Below are positions 55,076 to 64,000 of a stretch of 64,000 nt of DNA, piece after piece (position 1 is the first letter of the stretch; each line of letters opens with the position of its first letter). Origin of the DNA: Octopus vulgaris. Its lineage: Eukaryota. The notes below the pieces were generated by a model. That model was not told the origin of the DNA and made no database searches. It saw nothing but the letters and a program-made list of their open reading frames with translations. The translations under genes were made by a program, and so were the position numbers. The stretch lies in the NCBI GenBank assembly GCA_951406725.2, contig OX597831.1, positions 19,344,001 through 19,408,000 on the forward strand, read 5' to 3'.

Positions 55076-55800
55076 AGACCTCGTAAGCTTATGGACATCC
55101 ACCACTTACAGATAAGAAACACTTGCAAAATATTTGAGATATTTATGAATAATCATTGTTTTAGCAATTGTTGTTGTCAATGTCGTTATTATTTCAGCTT
55201 TTATATAGCACCATATGAACGCTAATTGAACGGATCAATTATAAAATCCTCTCTACCCATAAATAATATGTTGTTTTCGCGAGCGTTGGGTGTATTGGTG
55301 TATGGTGTGCCTAGTATGTCTTGATTTCAATGTGTTATGGCCGTTTTTTTTTCTCTTGCAGGGTATGTGATTACGTAAAGATACACACGTTAGAGTATCG
55401 ATTTTTTATATGAGTGTTTACATCATTTACACATTTTACGGTTCCCACTTTGGGAATGAAACAATTACACTCTTCATATACGCTTCTAATAGATATAAGA
55501 ACACCATAAATACACCGTAACGTCGTTCGCAATCTACAAAAGAATTCATTTGGGAATTATTCTTTGAATTTCATATGGCTCAATCAGTATTAATTCGTGT
55601 TCCAATCAGGGCGAAATTGTTTGGGTTACATAAAATTAGATGACCGTGTAGATGGCAAAAACATTAATTACATGTTGCCGAGATTTATCAAGAAAACCAC
55701 ATCAAGCCTAATTAGTGCAACGTAATTGATAGCGATTCACTGCTCGGTAGAATTTTTATTATAATCATCATCATCATCATTATTATTATTATTAATATTA

Positions 55801-57397
55801 TTTTTTTTTTTTTTTTTTTTTTCTTCTTTCAAATTTGCTTCCATTTCTTGCTGAGCGTCTTCCCGACTCCTAGGGCAAAGAAACTCATAGTATACATTGG
55901 TAGGCCATTAAACCAAACTCAATAGTTCGTTCATTTTTTTTTAAGTTAAATTAAAATACATGAGCAGCAACAGTTCTCACATCGACAATGCTCTTCTCAA
56001 TACGTGTGATGTACCAGTTAAGACAATCTTTTGCACTTCTTGCAGGGATGGTAAGCCAGGGATCATTCTCATATAATTTTCGGTTCCCTTCTTGATCATT
56101 CCTAGTGCTCCTACGATCACTGGTATTGTAACCGCCTTGAGATGCCACATTTTCTCAATTTCAATGAGTAGGTCTTTATATTTTCTGAGCTTGTCAAACT
56201 CTTTCGCCGAGATATTATGATCACAGGGGATGCTCATGTCGATCAATAAGCAAACTTTATTGTTTTTGTCTTTCACAACAATATCTGGTTTATTGGCTTT
56301 GATGGTTCGGTCTGTATGTACTGGAAAGTCCCACAGAATCCTTACATTTTCTCCTTCAGTTACAGCTTCAGTGTGGTGATTATACCACTTGTCGGCAGTT
56401 TTGATATTGTAATGCCGACTTATTAGCCAGTGTAGATATTGGCCAACTCTGTCATGTCTTAATGTATACTCCACTGGTGCTAAGACTTTACATCCAGAGA
56501 TTAGGTGGTCCACTGTTTCAATCATGTCATTGCAGAATCGGCATTTTGGGTCTGCTCCATTTTTCATTACATTGGCCGGGTAGTTCCGGGTTAATAGGCT
56601 TTGATCTTGAGCAGCCAGGATGAAACCTTCGCTCTCTGCTTTTAGCCCTGAGGTCCGTAGCCACTGATGGGTTTGCTTCTGGTCAACATCAGCTTGTTTG
56701 CTACGGGCCACATATTTGCCATGCAAAGTTTTCTCCTCCCGCCTATTAGCCAATTGCTCGTGCGCTTTTTTCGTTGCCATTATTTTCACCTTCTTTGCAA
56801 CAATAGTTGCCGTACTTCCGTCGGGTTGTTCAGTTTGGGTATCCTGCACATATCAATAGCAAATGTTTTGCTTTCCTTTATGATAGAATGAAGCTTCTTT
56901 CGTCTCTCGTGATTTCCACGAGCTTTAGCATCCAGTCATTCGATATTTCGAGATATTTGGCCAGTCCAATTGTGGTTGTTTTGTAAGCTAGTTCAAATTG
57001 GATCAGGCCTCGACCTCCTTGGGCTCTGGGAAGGTAAAGGTGATCTACGTCTGCCTTTGGGTGGTGCATCCTATTACAACTCAGCAGCTTGCGTATTTTC
57101 CTGTCTATATTCTTTACTTCACTCATATTCCAGTTCAACACATTGTAGCTATAAGTAACAACTGGAACTGCTAAGGAATTTATAGCTAACACCTTGTTAC
57201 GTGCATTTAGTTCAGATTTCAGGACTGCACTAACTCTCCTATAACATTCCTTCCTAATCTTCTCTTTCATGCTTGCATGCTGAATACCAGAGCCTTCATT
57301 TATCCCTAAATATTTGTATGTGTGTTCTTGCTTTATCCCTAAATATTTGTATGTTTGTTCTTGCTTTATCCCTAAATATTTGTATGTTTGTTCTTGC

Positions 57398-57399
<2 letters not shown>
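55801..57399 (-). mobile_element. R4/Dong-clade non-LTR retrotransposon 3' half (RT end, CCHC, restriction-like endonuclease), poly(A)-tailed, in (TAA)n
   Basis: YKYLGI, LNARNKVLAIN, HHPKADVDHLYLPRAQGGRGL, LHGKY, AAQDQ, CRFC..ETVDHLISGC, RHD, KPDIVV..LIDMSIP, K..KY; T-run at 55801-55822; TTA repeats on both sides. Confidence 0.93.
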
Positions 57400-57460
<61 letters not shown>

Positions 57461-57503
57461 ATCATTATTATCATTATTATTATTATCATTATTATTATTA
57501 TCA

Positions 57504-57582
<79 letters not shown>

Positions 57583-57584
57583 CA

Positions 57585-57646
<62 letters not shown>

Positions 57647-57650
57647 ATTA
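57400..57650. repeat. (TAT)n/(CAT)n microsatellite flanking the R4/Dong element
   Basis: ~250 bp trinucleotide tract. Confidence 0.97.
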
Positions 57651-58426
57651 TTGTGGTTCTTTATTTGTCCGAAATTGTTTTCGTGAACCGATTTGGTTTT
57701 ATTTCAATTAATAACAGCTGAAAACTGACGTCATAACCTTGATACAACAAGCCGTGATGAACAACGGTGCTACGACTACCTTCAGGGGTAGTTAGCAGTG
57801 TGCATATTCTCGCTCATTGTTATTAAGAACCCAGAGCAGCATAAATCGATAGAACGTCCACCTATCGTGAAATGATTGTCGATTTCTACTCCTTAGTTAG
57901 TTACGCTTCATGTTAAGAGCAATTATAATTAAAAGGAATATTACCAAAGTAAACAGCAAACAGCCTAAGGAAGTAATTACCTTGTGAAATGAAATTTGTG
58001 AATAGAAACAGTTCAAACGTTTCTGAATCTATTTCACGTGCATAAGGACCATATGAAATTTACAATAGAGAATTGTCTGTAATCAGAGATATTATTTATA
58101 AGTAACTTTAGAAAACCATAAAAATTTACTTATAAAGTATGAATCTAGAAAAAGTTTGATAAAAAGGTTGTAGCGTGATGTTAGTAAATATGTAGACCAA
58201 CTGCACTCATCTTTTGTTTATATTGGTTCCAAATTTTGGCACAAGGACAGCAATTTCCTGGAAGCGGAGTAATGTGGGTAGTGACATCAAACTCCCTTAT
58301 TCGCCAAATACCACACATCTCATTCATAACAGTGTAGCAAAACAGAGGTGCCCCCACTATGGCCACAGCTTTGAGCTGAAACTGATAAAACAATATACAC
58401 GTAAACATATATACATACATATATAA

Positions 58427-58491
<65 letters not shown>

Positions 58492-58494
<3 letters not shown>

Positions 58495-60046
58495 TGCGTC
58501 CCACATTATTAGGCAAATCATCCTTCTCTTAATAAATAAATGTATATTCGTTCAAAACCAGTTGTTTTCCTACTGATTCTTGGCAGCACCTATCTGCGCA
58601 AATTCTGTTTAGATAAATCGGATGTGCTCAAACGCCAATATATGGCGCCCATTTTTGTGATTGGGCAACATTTTCACTGTCACACATTATTAGGCAAGTA
58701 TAATAAAAACTATGATTGAGTCAGAACAAACATCTATTTAATGCAAAAGTAAAACTTTCACAAAAATATTATTCATAAAGGACATAATGGTGAACATAAT
58801 AAAACGTTCGAATGAAAATAAACATGGGATTATGACGTCATAAACTCCTATTGTTTGATGTATGATTCTCCACATGCAATAACCTTCGTTACGTGCCCAT
58901 CCATTGCATTTGTCAAGGTGGTGATACTTTCCTGTGTCACGTTTTGAGCAGCATCTACAATTTACTTGAAAACTGCCGACCTTCTTGGTAAACGCACATC
59001 TTCAGTGCACACAGGTTCTCGGTCGGGTTTAAATCAGGGAAACAAGGTGGCCACTCCGTCAAAAGACTTCTAGAGAAACCCATTTGCTGCAGGTATGCCT
59101 TAGAATTCTTCGCTGCATGAGACAGGGCATTTTCTTGCATGAAGATTAACTTTCTCTTGAATGGAAGCGTTTGCTTTTTGAACAACAGTTGGAAATTGCC
59201 CTATAAGAAGATAATATATGTTTACGATGTCATCTTAATGCCATCTGGGACTTTCCATAGCCTGACCATTATACCACCAATGATGCCAGCCTAAAACATG
59301 ACCTTATCTTGCCACTGTTAGCGTCGCAAACGATGAGAACGGTTTCCGCTGATTGATACGCAAACTTTACTCCAGCCTTCTGGTCCAACAAGGGTAGCAC
59401 GGTATTCGTTAGTGAACATAATTGTTGAAAAATCAATCTTAATATATTCTTCTTCCCATTTCAGTCTCTTCTGTTTATGAACGGCCTTCAGAGGGGACAT
59501 TCTAACAGGTTTCACATTCCTGGCTACTCGCTTCAAGAGGCGACACCTGGTTATTTTCTCTATGTCTTCCCTGCCTCAACGTTTGAAGACTTTTCTACTG
59601 GTCAGATGTGGGTTCCGCACAATTTCCCTTTACACACGAGAGAGAGTACAATTCAAAGCAACCCTCGACATATCTCTATCTGCCTTCGCCCGAAAAGAAA
59701 TAGGAGACGGCACAAATTTCTTCACTGTCCGGTTTCTCTTCACAGTATTTTTGATGTTGCTATGGTTGTTTTTCCATTTTCCAAGCTCTGACACAGCGGT
59801 ACGCTTCTAATTCAATGTAAGACTACATTTCTGACCCTTAATGACACTCAAATCGGGCGCCTGACTAATAATTTGCGACAGCGGCAATGTTGCTGCTACC
59901 CAATTATGGCCACCGTTAGTTTTTGTCAGCGCAGATCCGATTTATTGTAGGCGTTGCGAGCAGAGAGTGGGGAAAACAACTGGTTTTGAATGGATACACA
60001 TATATTTATTGAGAGAAGGTTGATTTGCCTAATAATGTGGGACGCA

Positions 60047-60049
<3 letters not shown>
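58492..60049 (-). mobile_element. Tc1-like DD37E (TRT-type) transposon, degraded, with IR/DR ends, in (TA)n
   Basis: TIRs actgcgtcccacattattaggcaaatca / tgatttgcctaataatgtgggacgcagt with inner repeats near 58675 and 59861; FTNEYRATLVGPEGW; FMQEN followed by 37 residues to the E of DLNPTEN. Confidence 0.9.
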
Positions 60050-60096
<47 letters not shown>

Positions 60097-60098
60097 AA

Positions 60099-60183
<85 letters not shown>

Positions 60184-60787
60184 CAGATATTCGAACTCTT
60201 CGAATATACTTCTGTGTATGCATGTGTATGTATGTATGTATGTATGTATGTATGTATGTATGTATGTGCGTGTGTGTTTAAAATGTTACACGTGATTTAT
60301 ATAATCTTCAGGCTGCACACAGCAGATAATTTACCTCACGAATCGTGAAATTAAGAAAGTAAAATCGAAAATATATTTTGAAAAATATCAAAAAAGTAAA
60401 TTTAAGACACAAATAGACGGTAATTTCTTTAATGAAATTAGAATACAATTTAGTTTCGATATAATACTTAATTTAACCCGGCTTCCATTATCCTCGGTTG
60501 CTAATAATTGAAGATTTCTAATCATTTAATATAATTCTCTACTTTTGTTATTTGTCAATTTTTGTCTCGCTTTATTTTGCTCTTTGTTACAAAACAGATC
60601 CATTTTAAAAATGAAACGAACAAGCCATTTTGAAGGTAATTTAATATTGCTTTATTATTGCGCACAACAGATCGACGATTTATTTCTCATTAGATAGGCT
60701 GCCATTAAGTTTTAGAATGACAAAACAATAATTTAGATATCAATATATCATTTTCTCTTTTCACTTTTCAGAAGTTAAAATAAAACG

Positions 60788-60883
<96 letters not shown>

Positions 60884-61090
60884 GTGTGTGTGTGTGTGTA
60901 TGTATATATCGACATAGTGAGAGTATGTGGAAGAAAGTGAAAGAGTAAGAGTGTGGGAAGGAAAGAGATAGATACATAGATAGATACACATATGAATATA
61001 CATATATACAGGTATTACATATCTACACACATACATATATATGCGTATATACACACACATACACACACAAACACAAACGCACACACACAA

Positions 61091-61164
<74 letters not shown>

Positions 61165-62962
61165 TGTTTTAATTATTTTCGTTCACTTTACACTAATCTT
61201 CAGAATATAACAGAGGTGTCTTACATTTTCAATAAGATCAGGATTGATCAATTTCTTTCTGTGGAAGGTAGAAATGACATAAATGAAATCTTTCTCAAAT
61301 ACGTCACCTCACGTAAATTATGCCCATATCTATTGTAACCCCTCTTTCCGAAGATAATCTATCTTTGGGAAATCTGAATCCATAGTGTTAATCTCTCCCC
61401 CACCAAAAAACTATCGATTCCAATTCGCCACTGCTGTTGTGCTGTGCCTGTGATAAAAGATTATAGTTTGGATCAAAAATCAAAATTTTCGAAGCCGTGT
61501 GTACGACCTTTGAGTTCCAAGTCTGCTTCGATAATGATGTATGATTTTCCAGGAATGGTGACTGTTTGGGCTGTCTATTTTATGATGGAAAATTGTTAAT
61601 GAGTGCTCTTTCAACTCTGTGTAGTACAAGGTAGTATCTTGAGAGGGGAAATGTTTCACAGTGTCCATTACTGCTTTTTTGTTATTTGAAACAAAATCAG
61701 TGCTGATCGTTCAGGTTTTGTCTGTAAAAGCGTTCCAGTTTTGGTCGTACCATATTTCCTGCAATTGGTGTATTATTTAGGATAAGAACATAGAAAATCA
61801 TCTCACCTTTTGAACTGAAGACTGAATATTTTCTAAACACCAACATAATTATGTTCCCCAGTTTTTTTTTTGGTTTTTTTTTATAAAGTCAGTGCAAAGG
61901 AACATCTCACAATGGATATATGCCCTGCCTAAGTATTAGCGACAATACTGGTCTTTTGCAGTCATACTAAAAGCTGGAATGACTGACATAGTATTGTTGA
62001 CATTCAGAATTGCTTCAAACAAGAATCATTGCCGACAGTTCTTGTTACACCTAGTTCAGAAATAATTCCTTATCAAGCCACCATCATCTTATAAACACAC
62101 CAATCCACCACGGACACCTGTAAGACACCACACCAAAATCCGAACACACTGATAATCCAAATGTTACGTGACTGATTTCTAATATCTCATGAGAAACGTT
62201 ACGACAGAGCGTCGTCGATTCAGGGTGTGTGCATTAGTTCCAATCTGTGCCTTACTGAGAATCTATAAATATTTTGCACTCTATTTCAATCCTGAACAAC
62301 GAACTCCGAAATCATCTCAATAATCCGGCACATGACAGGGGCTGTTTTTTTTTACTTTAGATTGTCGAAAATATTTCGCCATTATGGATAATGAGGAGAG
62401 CTCCAAACATTCAAAATAATGTCAATACCATATTGGTATTTATCTTAAGCTAACAAATAAATTGCATGAAACGTCAGGTGTGACCAAAATAATCATTTCG
62501 TCCCTAAATAAATTTGTTTTAATAAGTGTACAACAAAGGAGACTTTGGAGCACATTTATCGATTAAAAAGTGAATAAACAAAAGTAATCGATACATACGT
62601 GTGTGTGTGTGTACATGTGCGTGTGACCGTTTAAGCGAAGTTGGTGTGTTCACAGTGCCAAACTCTGATAATACCCCCGACCATTCTCTTTTACTTCTCG
62701 TCTTGACTGCTACTCATAATTGTAATTCAGTTCTGGTCGCAGATTTATTGAAATTACATCCTTACGATACATACATGTATATATATATAAATATATATAT
62801 ATATATAACAAAAGGGACATTAGCCATTTGAATGTGGCTAGGGACAGGGCAGGGCGGTGGGGGTGTTACTGATGCATTTAGCCCCAGGCGATCATCAACG
62901 TCACCAGATAGGCTTGACACCATCACGGTGTCCTCTATCCTGCAAAGGGAGATCATTCCCCG

Positions 62963-63038
62963 AAGAAGCGGATGCCACATACGGACCCAGGTTTCAAGGT
63001 GTTTGCCTCTCGTCAACGTATGGTAGGCACCGCCCCTC
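62963..63038 (-). ncRNA. Extended type I hammerhead ribozyme (U3 core variant), copy 1
   Basis: Reverse complement: catacg-TTGACGA-gagg-caaaca-cctt-GAAA-cc-tg-g-GTC-cgtatg, with extended helix I. Confidence 0.88.
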
Positions 63039-63495
63039 GACGAACAACTCTCTGTGCAGGATATTTATATATAGATTTTCACGTAAATACATTTACTGAT
63101 TTCGAAAATCTGTTCGACAGCAATAATAATTCTCTAAACGAGATATAGACAGTAACTGCTCCATAACAAAAGCGACATTAGCCATTTGAATATGGCTAGG
63201 GACAGGGCAGGGCGGTGGAATGATCTCCCTTTGCAGGATAGAGGACACCGAGATGGTGTCAAGCCTATCTGGTGACGTTGATGATCGCCTGGGGCTAAAT
63301 GCATCAATAACACCCCCACCGCCCTGCCCTGTCCCAAGCCACATTCAAATGGCTAATGTCCCTTTTGTTATGGAGCAGTTACTGTCTATATCTCGTTTAG
63401 AGAATTATTATTGCTGTCGAACAGATTTTCGAAATCAGTAAATGTATTTACGTGAAAATCTATATATAAATATCCTGCACAGAGAGTCGTTCGTC

Positions 63496-63571
63496 GAGGG
63501 GCGGTGCCTACCATACGTTGACGAGAGGCAAACACCTTGAAATCTGGGTCCGTATGTGGCATCCGCTTCTT
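63496..63571 (+). ncRNA. Extended type I hammerhead ribozyme (U3 core variant), copy 2
   Basis: gaggggcgg-tgcc-tac-catacg-TTGACGA-gagg-caaaca-cctt-GAAA-tc-tg-g-GTC-cgtatg-t-ggca-t-ccgcttctt; predicted cleavage after 63550. Confidence 0.88.
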
Positions 63572-63771
63572 CGGGGAATGATCTCCCTTTGCAGGATAGA
63601 GGACACCGTGATGGTGTCAAGCCTATCTGGTGACGTTGATGATCGCCTGGGGCTAAATGCATCAGTAACACCCCCACCGCCCTGCCCTGTCCCTAGCCAC
63701 ATTCAAATGGCTAATGTCCCTTTTGTTATGGAGCAGTTACTGTCTATATCTCGTTTAGAGAATTATTATTG

Positions 63772-63816
<45 letters not shown>

Positions 63817-64000
63817 TGTATGTATGTATGTATATTACATGTACAGAGAGAGAGAGGTGGGGGTGTTCTTCAACAGTCACGAGAATATGGAGCAAATGTG
63901 CAGGCACAACTCTGACTACTTGCGATACAGAATACTGTTGGTAGTGTTGGTGTAGTGGATCTTTTGCGAGGCTATTCACTGTTTCCTTGTTCACCCAATA

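Larger units (their letters stand above)
62807..63773. mobile_element. Retrozyme-like insertion: 358-nt unit as 1.15 copies (-) joined head-to-head to 1.56 copies (+), in (TA)n
   Basis: Period 358 on both arms (62807/63165; 63217/63575); inversion junction at 63216/63217; copies differ by only a handful of substitutions. Confidence 0.92.

Noticed and set aside
57299-57399. 33-bp repeats as a CRISPR-like array
   Set aside because: Contiguous repeats with no spacers, derived from LINE coding sequence in a eukaryotic context.
63305-63385. Twister-like words TAACAC...GTCCCAAGCC...GGAG in the 358-nt unit
   Set aside because: P4 and T1 pairings fail, and three of four copies read GTCCCTAGCC; the hammerhead explains the unit.
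63496-63725. Superficial similarity to 7SK or RNase MRP words (GATCGCC, GGGGCT, CACATTCAAATG)
   Set aside because: Motif order and required long-range pairings do not fit, and most of these words are not conserved in the 50.2 kb homologue.

Overview
AT-rich, microsatellite-saturated animal DNA; the SINE families and (TA)n/(CA)n/(GATA)n density suggest an octopus/coleoid genome (inference). No host protein-coding gene can be supported, and most ORF-track entries are microsatellite artefacts. The window holds five Tc1/mariner-superfamily elements or remnants (DD34E, two mariners, DD37E/TRT, DD37D/maT), a Neptune-type Penelope-like element (PLE) plus a PLE 3' remnant, a CR1-like LINE with an open ORF2, RTE and R4/Dong LINE 3' halves, a Helitron 3' half and three tRNA-derived SINE families. 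The main find is a retrozyme-like system: two divergent ~357-358 nt units (50239-50609 and 62807-63773). Each carries an extended type I hammerhead ribozyme with compensatory helix changes between the two, sits in (TA)n, and has the terminal redundancy or tandem/inverted layout expected from reverse transcription of circular or multimeric RNA. At least eight further hammerhead-like motifs occur, some with non-canonical cores, along with a recurring (TA)n-anchored inverted-repeat architecture.
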